Shown: one piece after another, positions 1 through 11,500 of the stretch
Position numbering within the stretch: the first letter of the stretch is position 1
Layout: each line of letters opens with the position of its first letter
From: a virus
Virus record (IMG/VR): IMGVR_UViG_3300020183_000039
Coordinates: 22,570 to 86,569 of that record
Length of the DNA: 64,000 nucleotides
Direction: 5' to 3' (one strand)
Position numbers and translations under genes: made by a program
The notes under the pieces: generated by a model
The model's input: only the letters and a program-made list of their open reading frames with translations
The model's database searches: none
What the model was told of the DNA's origin: nothing

Positions 1-617
1 GCACCGAGAGCGGTGTCTCCCATAGACGCGGGATCCGCAAGCACCAGCGCGGCATTAGCCGATGAGGGCTCCGTAGCCAGAGTCCCGAGCGGCTGAGGGA
101 TTGTAGGCAAAGCTCCCGGATACGACGCCAAGGAGTCGTAAACGGAAACTTCAGCGAAGGTTCTCCTCACTCTGATTCCCCTCTCGCCATACTCGTTGTA
201 CTCAGCCTCGTCGAGTGTGAGTGCGGGACGCGGAGCATTGAAAGCTCCGTTGTCAAATACGAGTTCTTCGACGACAACGTTGAAGTACCAATCGTCGTAG
301 ACGACGAACTCCTCGGCCGCTACGACCTGAAACTCGAAGATGTAGTCGTACTCCTGGTGATACGTCCAGGAGGCCGTGGCGTACGGGTAGAGAGTACCAC
401 CAAGGGTTTCCCACCACTCAGGCAGCTCTACACTGCACTCGATAGAACCATCGGGCTCTTCCTCGCAGGAGTCCTCCTCGATTACTACCGTTTGAGTGTA
501 TGTCCAAGCAGCCGTCTCGTACGGCGAGGGCTTTTGGCTCCCGCCTATCGTTTGCCACCACTTAGGTCGCGGATCGCTAGGCGAAGCGTCTGGGTCTCGA
601 CTGTAGTCCCTTCCCAT
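1..617 (-). CDS. Virion/baseplate-associated protein, N-terminal part (runs off the window)
   Basis: Hand translation from ATG at 617 (MGRDYSRDPD...FDNGAFNAPRPALTLDEAEYNE...). Carries the same DxGxF..P..DxxxY repeat as 1605..6875. GGGTAAAT motif 29 nt upstream. Confidence 0.65.
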   Translation of the reverse strand, partial: MGRDYSRDPDASPSDPRPKWWQTIGGSQKPSPYETAAWTYTQTVVIEEDSCEEEPDGSIECSVELPEWWETLGGTLYPYATASWTYHQEYDYIFEFQVVAAEEFVVYDDWYFNVVVEELVFDNGAFNAPRPALTLDEAEYNEYGERGIRVRRTFAEVSVYDSLASYPGALPTIPQPLGTLATEPSSANAALVLADPASMGDTALG

Positions 618-661
618 CCACGCGATCCGGGCGTCGTTAGGAAGGATTTACCCTGATGAAG

Positions 662-1309
662 TTAAGTCGTGGCTTCGACATCGTCATTGACCTTGCCCTC
701 GCTATCACCATCGCTATCCGCCGCCTGCGACTGGTGGATGTGCTTCAAGTCGATATGACGAACCCATTTGTAGCCGCCTCGATTGAGGCAAACGCATAGC
801 CAGTCATATCCTTGAGGCCCACCCTCCTCTACTATCATGCACCCGATATTGTCCTTGCTAGCCGGAGGGAGCTGGCCGGACGGGTAGACAGGGAGGCGTG
901 TCATAGCGGAGTTCTGAGGCTGCTTAGCCTTGTTGAACTCATTGGGGTCGTAGACCGGATCGCCGAAGTTCAGTCGGTTGGGATCTCCGTCGCGGGGCGT
1001 GATAGGGACCCGAGCCTTCTTGTCGACAAGAGCTTTGGGCTGCTTCCCTTTGAAAGGCACGACCGGGTAGATCCAGTCTGTCTCCGTCGGTTTTCCGCTC
1101 TGGTCAAATCCCTTGCCCTTGAGATAGTCCGGGTTGACCTGATCCAGGACTACTCGCACTCTGCCCTCTTGTTTGGGATCTTCTACGTCGATCACGGTGC
1201 CGTAGGTGCTTTGCATCTGGCCGCTAAGGCTAGCGGCCTGTTGGGCCCCACGGAAAGATCGAAGAAGTATACCGGCCAGCTGGTCGATGTTTGAGCTAGT
1301 ATTGGCCAT
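662..1309 (-). CDS. Baseplate central spike (gp5/gpV-like OB fold)
   Basis: YGTVIDVEDPKQEGRVRV and TDW match the gp5/gpV OB-fold signature. C-terminal HIH resembles the HxH metal site of spike tips. Confidence 0.75.
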   Translation of the reverse strand: MANTSSNIDQLAGILLRSFRGAQQAASLSGQMQSTYGTVIDVEDPKQEGRVRVVLDQVNPDYLKGKGFDQSGKPTETDWIYPVVPFKGKQPKALVDKKARVPITPRDGDPNRLNFGDPVYDPNEFNKAKQPQNSAMTRLPVYPSGQLPPASKDNIGCMIVEEGGPQGYDWLCVCLNRGGYKWVRHIDLKHIHQSQAADSDGDSEGKVNDDVEATT

Positions 1310-1608
1310 CAGCGAGTGATGCTTCTAACGGCAGCTTTTACCCGGCGCTGTGGCACCGCTTTCTTCGGAGTGAGCGGACGAGGCTCTTCGTGATGACGCT
1401 TGACCTCAGGCGCCACAGTCGGTTCTTCAGAAGCCTCAGTGGCCTGAGCAGAGCTTTTCTTCTTGCGAGCACGCTTAGCTTGAGGCTCGCTTCCAAACCC
1501 TTGGGCCGACTCAAAACCGGCTTCGGATTGCTCTTCCGGAAACTCGTTAGTAAGAACTTCCGGTTGCGGTTCGATCACGCTTTCAGCGATGAAGTCGTCC
1601 ATGGTCAT
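1309..1608 (-). CDS. Hypothetical low-complexity protein
   Basis: ORF-track 1309..1677. Start moved to the ATG overlapping the stop of the upstream gene. Confidence 0.5.
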   Translation of the reverse strand: MTMDDFIAESVIEPQPEVLTNEFPEEQSEAGFESAQGFGSEPQAKRARKKKSSAQATEASEEPTVAPEVKRHHEEPRPLTPKKAVPQRRVKAAVRSITR

Positions 1609-4600
1609 TGTACTGTGATAGATGCTTGATTCGAGGTAGCCTGAGACGCCGGAGTACCATTGGAACTGATAAGGCAACGGAAGAGATAGCCATTTGCCAA
1701 AGTCGAGAATGGTCTCACGACGAGGAACGAAGTGTCTGGATAAGTAGCTATGATGACATCATAGCCCTGGTCCGCCACTGTAGCCGTGGGTAGAGGACCA
1801 TCGTACGTGCCGGAATCCAGGGTGGGCTCAGGAGTATTGCCCGTGTCATTGGTGCTGATCAAGCGGCCGAAGTCGTCGATCAGTTCCAGGAGAGACTCAG
1901 TGAGGACCTCCTCAGGAACGAATGTGAATCCGAACTCGTCATTGTCGATCAGAGGCCCGTCACTGATTGTAGTCCAGCCGCCGCCACTGTTAGTGTTCAT
2001 CTGCCACTGGTACGTCAGCGTGCCGCTGTCGTCAGAGTAGGCCTGGATGAAGAAGCTCGCGAGCTCTCTGAGGCCGATAGGGCCGAGATTTTGCGGCTGC
2101 TGAGTGATGTAAATGCCGATGCCGTAGATGACCAAGCGGCCGGGGCCAGTCGAAGTGGCCGGAGGCGCCGTATTGCTCGAGGTAACGATGCAACGGACTT
2201 TGTAGTTGAGCGCGGCAGTCGAAAGAGCAACCACGCGCAGGTTTGGTCCTTCTGGATAGAAGGAAACCAGGCCGTCCCAGGGATCGTCTGTGACGGTGGT
2301 CGGGTAGGGAGCCCCGTCCATGTCTCCGTCATCAAGCGTCTGAGTAGCGGGAGCGGCGATGTCTTCGACAAGTTCGAAACCGTCTTCCGTCTCGAGAATC
2401 AACAGAGATTCTGTTGCGATGTCATCGCCGGAAACGGACGCTCCGATAAGCCCGTTGTCATAGCTTTGGCCGGTGATTGTGACAAAGCCAGACCCGGTGT
2501 CTAGTTGCCACTCGTAGGACAGAGTGCCACCATCGTCGGTGGTAGCATTGACCGAGAAGTAGCCTTCTTCGCGCGTGAAGAGATACAGGTCACTCGGACC
2601 TGTAATCGTGATAGTGCCAGGAAGAACAGTAAGCTGTGCGCTGCTGCTGAACACCGTCGGAGCCCCGCCAGTGCTATTGACAGCGGCACGGTAGAGGCTT
2701 CCGTCGAGAGCAAGGCCAGCCGGCGTGACACCGAGAACCGGAGTCGTGACGCCGGAGAATTGACCTCCATTCGTGAGGTTGATCCAATTCGTACCATTCC
2801 ACTGTTGCCACTGGTACGAGACAACTCCGTTATCGTTCGTCGTTGCGGCGACAGAGAACTGCGCGAGGTTCGTGGAAACGACAGTGGAGTCACCAGGCTG
2901 ACTCGTGATCGTGATCTCCTTGGGAATCACCGTGAGCAAGCAAGGCTCGGAGGTGACGTACGTGAATCCGAGATCAGATTCGACCGCTACTCTGAATTGA
3001 GCCTGATTGTAGAAGTTGTCCTGAGGGGTGATCGTCAGCTTGTAAGTAGTCGCGCCATCGAACGTGGCATTATCGTTGATGTCAACCCACGGAGAAGTCG
3101 GGGTGAGACGAACTTGCCAACGGAAGAAGAACGGCTCGACGACCCCGTTGAGAATGGTGATCTCAACGTCGCCGCTGTCACCAACGAGAAGCGAAAGCGA
3201 GAGTGGCTTGATAGCCACGAACGCGCTTGACCTAGAGCGAGTACCAAGCGGACGGGGAGGACGGGGGAGGAACTCTTTGCGCTCGTGAAGAAGGTAAGCA
3301 GTCTCGGTCTCGACGCAGATGTCGTCGATGACATCCTCCTCATCGATCAGGATCTCGCCGGCCTCTGTGGTGATCTCAAGATCATTCTCCGTGGTGATGG
3401 CAGGGGTGGCGTCCTCTTTGCCGAACAGGCACTCGGTGCGGAAACTGTAGAGCGCCTTGGGATCGAAGACAGGATCATCGCTCGCGGACAGGTCTGCCAC
3501 AAAGTACGCATAGCACACCGCGTAGTTCGAGAAAGACGCGCGATCAACATCGTCCGGGAACTCGACATTAGGAGCGATGAACTCACTGGAATCTCCGAGT
3601 TCAGCTTCGGGGCCGATTGCGTACGTCAGGATGCCCTCGTCCACGTCGGTCTGGAGGAAGCCCGTGAGGAACCGTCTCCGACTGGAGTACTGGAGGTAAC
3701 GGCCAGCGCGAGAGCCATCTGGAAGCAACCGACGATACGCGTAAGCATCGTAGTCTACGATCGTGGATGGGTTGAAAGGCTTCGAGTTGGCGGGGTTCTC
3801 GAAACTGATGATCGCCTGCTGAAATCCAGACTGGTTATCTAGGTCCGTATCGCGGACTTGAGAAACGAGATAGTCCTCCACGTAGAACGTGGTGTAGTCC
3901 GGCAGAGCGGTTCCATCTAGATAGTAGTCCTCGTCATAGAGTCTCGGTCGAAGGCTCGAAGGAGTAGTTTGAGTCTCCGAAGGAGGCAGGAGCCGCGAGA
4001 AGTAGCTCTGGTTCGCAAGTACTGCCTCGGTGCGGTTCCAGAATCTTGCGTTCCGGGGGTACTCGAGAGGCAGTCGAGCAAAATGACGGTACTGAGCCGG
4101 ATCTTCCGGGCCTGTGTTCTTGTCCGCGATCAGCGTGTTAGTGTACGCGGCGTCGTAGCCTACGTCGGCCACATTGAGCACACGATGCTTCCAGAGACGC
4201 AGAGGCGTCTTGGAGTTCATCACCGTCGGACGCATGCGCCAAGCGGGAGACTGGAAGATGATCTGATCCAGACGGACTCGGATGGGCAGAGGAGGGCAAG
4301 GCTCCGGCGGAGGATTTTCCGGATCGCAAGGCTGGCAGAGAAGCTCACCCTTGTCGTAGAAGCCTTCGTCCGCGTCGGAAGTCGGGACTGTGAAGTCGAT
4401 GACCCCGTTGTCGAGATAGCATTGAGGAGGAGGAAGAGGCTTACCGCAGGGCGTGCAAACCGTGGGAAGATACGTATCCGTGTACTCGCCCTGATCAACC
4501 ACTGTCTCAGCGGAATCGTCGCCGAACTCCTCGTCGTTCAGAGTGCAAGTGATCTCCGATGCTACGCCAATGAAACCGTCGTCATAGCCGATGCAGGCGA

Positions 4601-6875
4601 TCTCGGGACTAACTACTCTGTCATATTCCTCGCCGTCGTACAGCACGCAGTCGTCATCGATATCCGCAGAGCCGAGGCCATCGATCCCGGGAGGACCGAG
4701 GAACGGGAGTTGCCCGTAGACGTAAGGACCATTGTCGATGGTGCCGCACTCCTCGCCACAGACCGTGTTGACTAGCGGCGGCGGCAGCGGGTTGCCCACC
4801 GTATAGATCCCGCCATCAGCGTTCTCGCAGAGAGTCGTGGGAGCAAAGTTGCAGAACGGTTGGATCAGCTCGTCGAACTCTCCGTCATCGAACGACAGGA
4901 ATCCAGAGATGAACTTGGCATTGAGGCATCCGACATCGGATTGCTCAGCGTAGAGCACAGCATCGAGTTCTGGTCTGCGATCGAATTCGCCGTCATCGGC
5001 CGTCATCCAGGCGGCTTCGGCCGGGATCGGGAAGTAGGTCTCGTTGTCTAGAGTCGGGTCAAAGACCCACTCCACGCAGGGGAACTCGACTTCGCCGAAC
5101 GTCGTCTTAGCGTTGTACTCGAACGACACCGCACTGAGCTCGAGCCCGTCGAACGCTAGAGCAAAGCCATCGTACTCGCCATCCGAGTCGCTAGCGACAA
5201 GCACGATCTCGTTGAACTGGCCCGGATCAGACATGAGGACAGGACCCGGTTGCCCGTCGACATCGATGATCAAATCATCGTAGTCAATGATACGCTCGAA
5301 ATCCTCTTGAGTGACGTTTCCGTCAAAGGGGCTACGATCGTAGATTCCCTCGTCGACCACGTTCGTGGGCGGGATGGCATCATCGAAGTCCCCATCGTCC
5401 AGGTAGAACTGCCCCAGTGGCTGCTCATACTCCCCATTGTTGATATCTCCGTCGATAGGTCCCAAGAACAGCACGCCATTGCAGCCTATGGCAAAGCTAG
5501 TATCTGGCCCGGGATCCGTAGCGATCTCATCTGGCTCCGGGTCATAAAACTGTCGGAGCGTCATCGTGAAGTTCGGAGTATCGCAGATACCGAACTCGGG
5601 GTCAGGAGGCAGATAGCAAGGCTTGGTATAGATGCTCGCGTCGTCGATGCAGATCTCGAACCCGTTTTCCGTTGCCAGCTCAGTGGGCTCGTCTGTGAAG
5701 AACCCGTCGTCATCCAGACTAGACGTCGGAACGGATGTCAGCGGGTACTCACCATTGCTAACGGTCTCCAGGGGCGGGATCGGATCTTCGAATGTCCCGT
5801 TGTCGGTAATACTAGCACTGCCCTGCGGAGCATTGATGAGAAGTTTGATCGGAGGCTCGGTCTCGACATTGCAAGCCGGGTCTTCGATGGCCAGAAGTTC
5901 GCCGTTGTCCGTCTCCAGATCTTTCAGATCCTGAGTCTGCAGGACAGTCGTTTTCGTCTCGAGAGACACCGTAGGATTATAGACGTCGTCACAGCCTTCG
6001 ACTGAGAAGTTGTAGTGAGACGTGAGGTATGCCGTGGCTGGCCCTGGCTTGAGACCGATAAGCTCAAGAAGTTCGGCAATGGAGATCTCCTTGAGGATGT
6101 CGTCCAGAGACAGCCCTTCTTCTTCGTTGAACCCGTGGACGTCAAGGGCGTCGAAGAGGAAATGACTCGAGATCCAGTTGCCTTTGTTGCCCCAAAGGCC
6201 GAGGAACTGGTTCCTGATCTGCTCAGATCCCCAGTCATTGATGTCTTCCCAGTCTTCGATGAAGAAGAGGAATGGCTCGGCGAGAGAGCCTTCTACAGAG
6301 ATATTGACGCCAGTGCTATCGGAGTTAAGGATCCGGACAGACGTGAGCCGTTGAGATATGTCCTGAGTAACATAGAAAGTCTCGTCGGGACCGCCGGCTG
6401 CCGTGACATCGACAAGCTCATTGAACACGTACTCGCCGCCTACAATCAGGCGAGGAGTGCTTTCGTACAGGACGTCACGAGGCTGGCCAAACGGCACAAC
6501 ATGGGTCTTGCCGTCCTGCGCGAAGACGTCGAAGGCCAGGTCAGCTGAGGCCCCGACTTTAGAGCGGTTGAAAGGGGCCGGACGCTCGGAGTAGTCCCTG
6601 TCTTTATTGTAGACACCGTAAGAGCCGACCTGTACGGCTCGCTTCTCGGATACAGTACGAGGAAGCCCTTCCCACTCGTACGACCCATCGATCGTGGGGA
6701 TCCTTTTCCCCCAGTACGAAGGCCCGTTAAAGCCAAGCAGCTGAGCGTTCCAATCGATCTGGCCGTTAACACGCGCCAGAACCTGACTCAGAGCCTGCTT
6801 CTGCTCTTCGGTGTAAACCGTGGGAAGATGGCCACGGAGCTCGTATTGTTCCCGGTCGAATACGGGGCTCGGCAT
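1605..6875 (-). CDS. Giant acidic virion protein (fibre/baseplate) with DxGxFD repeats and C-terminal Ig-like domains
   Basis: 1756 aa. C-terminal repeats of ITxQP...F.V.A...YQWQ...Y/FR(C/A) are immunoglobulin-like. Located in the tail module. Confidence 0.7.
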   Translation of the reverse strand: MPSPVFDREQYELRGHLPTVYTEEQKQALSQVLARVNGQIDWNAQLLGFNGPSYWGKRIPTIDGSYEWEGLPRTVSEKRAVQVGSYGVYNKDRDYSERPAPFNRSKVGASADLAFDVFAQDGKTHVVPFGQPRDVLYESTPRLIVGGEYVFNELVDVTAAGGPDETFYVTQDISQRLTSVRILNSDSTGVNISVEGSLAEPFLFFIEDWEDINDWGSEQIRNQFLGLWGNKGNWISSHFLFDALDVHGFNEEEGLSLDDILKEISIAELLELIGLKPGPATAYLTSHYNFSVEGCDDVYNPTVSLETKTTVLQTQDLKDLETDNGELLAIEDPACNVETEPPIKLLINAPQGSASITDNGTFEDPIPPLETVSNGEYPLTSVPTSSLDDDGFFTDEPTELATENGFEICIDDASIYTKPCYLPPDPEFGICDTPNFTMTLRQFYDPEPDEIATDPGPDTSFAIGCNGVLFLGPIDGDINNGEYEQPLGQFYLDDGDFDDAIPPTNVVDEGIYDRSPFDGNVTQEDFERIIDYDDLIIDVDGQPGPVLMSDPGQFNEIVLVASDSDGEYDGFALAFDGLELSAVSFEYNAKTTFGEVEFPCVEWVFDPTLDNETYFPIPAEAAWMTADDGEFDRRPELDAVLYAEQSDVGCLNAKFISGFLSFDDGEFDELIQPFCNFAPTTLCENADGGIYTVGNPLPPPLVNTVCGEECGTIDNGPYVYGQLPFLGPPGIDGLGSADIDDDCVLYDGEEYDRVVSPEIACIGYDDGFIGVASEITCTLNDEEFGDDSAETVVDQGEYTDTYLPTVCTPCGKPLPPPQCYLDNGVIDFTVPTSDADEGFYDKGELLCQPCDPENPPPEPCPPLPIRVRLDQIIFQSPAWRMRPTVMNSKTPLRLWKHRVLNVADVGYDAAYTNTLIADKNTGPEDPAQYRHFARLPLEYPRNARFWNRTEAVLANQSYFSRLLPPSETQTTPSSLRPRLYDEDYYLDGTALPDYTTFYVEDYLVSQVRDTDLDNQSGFQQAIISFENPANSKPFNPSTIVDYDAYAYRRLLPDGSRAGRYLQYSSRRRFLTGFLQTDVDEGILTYAIGPEAELGDSSEFIAPNVEFPDDVDRASFSNYAVCYAYFVADLSASDDPVFDPKALYSFRTECLFGKEDATPAITTENDLEITTEAGEILIDEEDVIDDICVETETAYLLHERKEFLPRPPRPLGTRSRSSAFVAIKPLSLSLLVGDSGDVEITILNGVVEPFFFRWQVRLTPTSPWVDINDNATFDGATTYKLTITPQDNFYNQAQFRVAVESDLGFTYVTSEPCLLTVIPKEITITSQPGDSTVVSTNLAQFSVAATTNDNGVVSYQWQQWNGTNWINLTNGGQFSGVTTPVLGVTPAGLALDGSLYRAAVNSTGGAPTVFSSSAQLTVLPGTITITGPSDLYLFTREEGYFSVNATTDDGGTLSYEWQLDTGSGFVTITGQSYDNGLIGASVSGDDIATESLLILETEDGFELVEDIAAPATQTLDDGDMDGAPYPTTVTDDPWDGLVSFYPEGPNLRVVALSTAALNYKVRCIVTSSNTAPPATSTGPGRLVIYGIGIYITQQPQNLGPIGLRELASFFIQAYSDDSGTLTYQWQMNTNSGGGWTTISDGPLIDNDEFGFTFVPEEVLTESLLELIDDFGRLISTNDTGNTPEPTLDSGTYDGPLPTATVADQGYDVIIATYPDTSFLVVRPFSTLANGYLFRCLISSNGTPASQATSNQASITVQ

Positions 6876-6878
6876 GGC

Positions 6879-7082
6879 TTAGAAAGTCCCGTTGTTGACG
6901 AGAGTCGGAAGAGCCGCTTCTATAGCGGCCTTCTGCGCGTCCACGTAAGCCTTGGTAGCTCCTTCGTCGGGGACAAGGGGATAGACATTAACATCGGTCT
7001 CGAGTCCCGTGATGCGATTGCCACGCATATCAAGAACTCCGGTTATCTGAACGTCCGCACCAGAAACCCTAGAAGAAGCCAT
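6879..7082 (-). CDS. Small fibre-like virion protein
   Basis: LDMRGNRITGL...GATKAYVD is typical of phage fibre/adhesin stalk segments. Ends NNGTF. Confidence 0.6.
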   Translation of the reverse strand: MASSRVSGADVQITGVLDMRGNRITGLETDVNVYPLVPDEGATKAYVDAQKAAIEAALPTLVNNGTF

Positions 7083-8565
7083 CGTCCAACGCTGTCGTGA
7101 ATGTTATGTCGACGTATGCCTTTGTCGACAGATCAGACTGCTCAACAGGTGCTCCCAAGTTGATCACTTGCTGTGGAGTTACTGTTGAAGTCTGAACTAT
7201 AGAGACGATATTCTCAGCCAGGACCAGAAATCCAGCTGGGTCCGTGGCTACGTTATCTCGAAGTGGATCAGAAAGAAGATCCGCGTCTCCGACGATCTGA
7301 GTCGGAGGCCTGAGTTCGATAGCTACCGGCTGATCGAATGTCGGAGCTTCGGTGTCCGAGCCGAACTTGAAATTCCCGCGGTCGAGAAGGTCATCATAGA
7401 GTTTGACAGCGCCGGTGACCGGCGACATGTACTCAGCGGAGTACTTCTCTATGGAAGTGAAGAGTTCTCGTAGTGAATTGTCTTGGAAGTCCGTGAGCCA
7501 TTTAGCTACTGGCTCGTATTTGACGGACGTGAAATTACGCTCGTCCGTCGTCTCCACTACGGCTTGTTCCTTGACCTCCAGCGTAGCAAGTACGATGTAA
7601 GGCCGCGGTTCCAGTTGATCAAACTTACCCTCAAGGAAGGGTTGTACTATAGTAACAGAGCCTACTGGCCGCTGATTCGGGTAGACCGCTTGGCCGGTGT
7701 AGAGGACCGAGGTGACTTCGGCGGTGCCGTCCCAGAAGAACAACTTCCAGTAACGCCGGCCCCCGTCGGAATTGCCTCTAACGGTCCAACCAAGATCCTC
7801 TGGCTCCCGGCTATCTTCTATGTGCCAGACGATCGCGTCGATGGAACTGTAGAGCGCGCATTTGGCCGTCCCAAGCAGTGGTTCGGCGACCGAGAGCTTG
7901 AACTCTCTGGCCACGACCGGCACCGTGAAGTCGATGTCGACATACGAAGCGTCTGGGTACTTGCCAGCTACGGCGTATTCAGTAGGACTCCATGATCCGT
8001 CCTCGAAGCTCGAGAACATCGCCGAGACCGGGCGGTACGGAGCGGTCCTATTCGCCTCGTAAAGCGAGGCGCTGCCCCCAAGAGAGTAGTTCTCGACGTC
8101 GAAAACACCGTCAGGCGGGTCTTCAGGCCGAGCGTAGTCTATGTAGTATCCAGCCTGATAGACTCCGTCCTGAACCCCGCCGTCTACGATCGTTCTAAGA
8201 TCGATGGCGAGAGTATCGGTCTGGATCTGGCCATGCTGCCAGGTGATCGTCCCGCTCTCGAAGAGCAAGATATGTTGGTCCTCAGTCCATGCCCCAACTT
8301 CTAGCGAGCCGGGACCACGAGTTGTACCAAACTGCGGGTCGACGTAGACCAGGCCATTGTCCTTCTCCCCAAAGTACTCGAGTTGGAACCCCTGAGAGAT
8401 GCCGGGAAGGCGATTGTAGATCGGAAGACCGTCAGCTCGCCCCCAAACCGTAGGGACCGGAGCGATCCGCTTAATCCTAGCGGCTTCCTCATTGAGAACC
8501 TGGACTTTAGCAAATCCGTCTACAAGAGGCTTCGTTACGATCTTGCTAGGTGGAGCTTTCGTCAT
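7069..8565 (-). CDS. Virion structural protein with discoidin-like beta domain
   Basis: 498 aa. YSSIDAIVW...RRYWKLFF resembles F5/8-type folds. C-terminal DLSTKAYVD...LDDGFF. Confidence 0.5.
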   Translation of the reverse strand: MTKAPPSKIVTKPLVDGFAKVQVLNEEAARIKRIAPVPTVWGRADGLPIYNRLPGISQGFQLEYFGEKDNGLVYVDPQFGTTRGPGSLEVGAWTEDQHILLFESGTITWQHGQIQTDTLAIDLRTIVDGGVQDGVYQAGYYIDYARPEDPPDGVFDVENYSLGGSASLYEANRTAPYRPVSAMFSSFEDGSWSPTEYAVAGKYPDASYVDIDFTVPVVAREFKLSVAEPLLGTAKCALYSSIDAIVWHIEDSREPEDLGWTVRGNSDGGRRYWKLFFWDGTAEVTSVLYTGQAVYPNQRPVGSVTIVQPFLEGKFDQLEPRPYIVLATLEVKEQAVVETTDERNFTSVKYEPVAKWLTDFQDNSLRELFTSIEKYSAEYMSPVTGAVKLYDDLLDRGNFKFGSDTEAPTFDQPVAIELRPPTQIVGDADLLSDPLRDNVATDPAGFLVLAENIVSIVQTSTVTPQQVINLGAPVEQSDLSTKAYVDITFTTALDDGFF

Positions 8566-11500
8566 AGAGCAAGCGTCCCGTCACCGTAGTTCACTGGCTT
8601 GTACGGGAACGCGGTGCCCGTATAGAAAGATAGCTGAGAAGGCTGAGAGCGCGTGTTGGTGTTCTCCCAGACGAATGTCTTGGACGCCAGAGTGTTAGCC
8701 TTGGAGGTCACAGTGATCGTCGCCGTTCCGAGCTTATTAGTTGACACTTGCACACCAAGACGTGACAACAGTCGCTCGGAACCGACCGAAGCTACCACGA
8801 ACTTCAGAAGATTTCCGAAGACCTCTTCGATCCTGGGAGTGTTGATGACCTCTCCAGCCCACGACGTAACTAGGTCCGGCGGAGTGAATGATCGGATGGC
8901 CCGGTAGAACTTCTGAGAGTAGTCGTTCTGATCGATGATCACATCCTCGTAACGATATGTCGGATCGTAGTACTTGACCGTTTCAGCTTTGTCGGTACGA
9001 ACGAAAATCCCGTTATCGAAGTAAACCTCCAAGTCAGTAAGAGGAGTCACATGCTTCGTAGCTTCGTACTGACGGAAGATCGTGCCATTGCGGAACAGAG
9101 CCGCGTCTCCAGGAGCGAACCTAAAGATGTCTCGGAAGACCGGAATGCCACGGGTCTCCACTTGCCAGCCAGAACTGGACCAGAAATAGGATCCCAGCGT
9201 CTCCCCTACTGGCCCGATGACCTGAACTGTCTGACCGAAGATCAAGTCCGTCGGCACTCGGATAGACCCTTGCTCGATCAGCAACTGAGTGATGTCTTGC
9301 GGAGAGAAGAACGAAGGCAGAACGCTCTGATTCAGAGTGTAGTTGTATCGGAAAGTGCTTGCCGGAACTTCGATCATGAACCCGTCTTCGACAAGCTTGT
9401 CCGGATCATCAATACTCGGCGTGAAGTCGACAATCGCCTGGAAGTATCGCGGCAGCGGCAGATTAGCCTCGATCAACCGTTTGCACGAAGGAGTCAGCAC
9501 GTCGCATTGCTCAGCGAGAACAGTACAGTTCTCAAGTTCCGTAGCGTTAAAGCCACCGCGAGCTCTGTAACGAAGGTACTCGCCCAAAGCGAACCGAGCT
9601 TTGTAGCGGAACGGGCTGTCCGAAAAGAGAGGACGGCCAGCGCAGTCGAGATAACTTACTACTTCGATGACCTGCAGGATGCCGTCTGCGACAAGCTGAT
9701 CGACAAGCTCTGAGTAGGTGCCGATAGTGTTGTTGCAGAAGGTAAAGTCCTGAAGAGCTTTGACATAGAGCTGGACAACGCCTTTGAGCTCACTGATGTA
9801 GCAGGAGTCCTCAAGAACCGAGCCAGCAAGAAACTGCTCCTGGGACGGAGTCACGAGGATCTGTCCGGCCGTGTAGACTTGGTCTTCGGCAAGAAGCTGC
9901 ACCGACACGGTGTCAGTTCCAACATAGCCCTGAGCTTGAGCGGTACCAAGGTCAGCGAGGTTGCTCGTGATCGTGAAGTCTTTCTTTGCGACCCATACTG
10001 GGTAGCCAGGACGCAGCGAAAGCGGCACGTAGCTAGGCACGCGAGGCTCGTAGACCTCGTTGTTGAGATCGCTTCTCACGAACTCGACGATCTGCGGGTT
10101 GTATTCGTTTGCGTCGTTGAATGCCTCGATCTCTAAACCAGCGTTCCAATCTGAGAAGCTCTTAGCTGCGGACAACGTGCCATCAAGAACAAGCTCCTGA
10201 GTCGTCTTCTTGCCGGTGTACGTGAAGCTAGCAAGTACCACATGGAGAGTGGCCTGAGCCGCAGTCACCACGCTGATGACCTGGCCGGTAGAGTACTCGC
10301 CAGGAGATAGAGCGCGGATGATTTGGAACGAGAGGTCGTCGATATTAGCATGATACGACTTGTCGCCCGTGATCGGAGTGAACCCGTTAAGCACCTCGTA
10401 GTAGAGGGGCACAAGGCCAGTACGATTGACGACCAGATCGCCTTCTTGAAGAGTATTGCCCGTGCGGAACGACTTCGGAGACACCACTCCGAACGAAGGA
10501 CCAGAGATACTCCTCGGAGTGTAGTATGCTACCAGAGAACCGATGTCCGGATCGATATACTGAGTCTCAGTACCCAGAGTCAGAGACAGAGCCGTTGCTA
10601 ACGCGCCTTCTACGTCTGAGATGTTCGGTTCGTAGCTGACCGGGAACACCGCGTTCGGAGTCAGGATTCCGAACAGAGAGTCACGAACAGTCTGCGTGAG
10701 GTTACGAAGATCCTGAGCGTAAGGCTTGTTCGGATCGTAGCTCAACTGTAACGAGATATCTGCATCGTCCACTTCCATGGAGTAGACCGTGCCAGTGAAC
10801 TCGGTCGGAAGGGAGAAACGAACCAGATTCTGCAGGCTTCTCCGTTGAGCCGAAGTCAGCGGAGTGCCGTCCGGATTGATGACGAAGAACGAGACTGCTG
10901 GGGCGCTGTCGACAAAGTTCTCGTCATAACGATAGAAGTCTTTCTCAGACCGCCTGGGCAGCACATTGACGCCAGTTCCCGGACCAAGTGCGTCAGAGAA
11001 GAAGTCAACCCAGTCCTCAGCAGAGACCGGATTGCGACGTCGAATAAGCGTGAAGAAACGTTCTTTGACCTGAGCTAGCAACTCCGGGTCCGAGCCACCA
11101 CGAGCGGGCTCTGGATTAGTGACACCAAGAACGCCAGCAAGTGACGTTACGGCTGACGTGATGGTATTAGCGTCTACGTTCGTGTTCGATCCACGAAGAA
11201 GCGAGACGGCAGTGATGCGGCCTGTCTCCTCTCCTGCAGGGATCCTGAGATTAGCATTGGTGACGAAAGCGATCGACTGACCGCCGGTCAGATTGGAGTC
11301 GGTGGCGAGTTCGAAGCCTTCGAAAACAACAAACTCCTGGTCTCGCGGCTCGATCGTGAACTTGACCTCTACTACCGAGCCGGCCCCGGTACGCCGTTGC
11401 GCACCAAGAAAGGGTCCGATCCACTCGACAAGTACGGACTCTGGGAACGAGTTAGCGAACGCGAGGAGCTCGGATTGAGCGAAGGCCTGACCCTCGAGCA

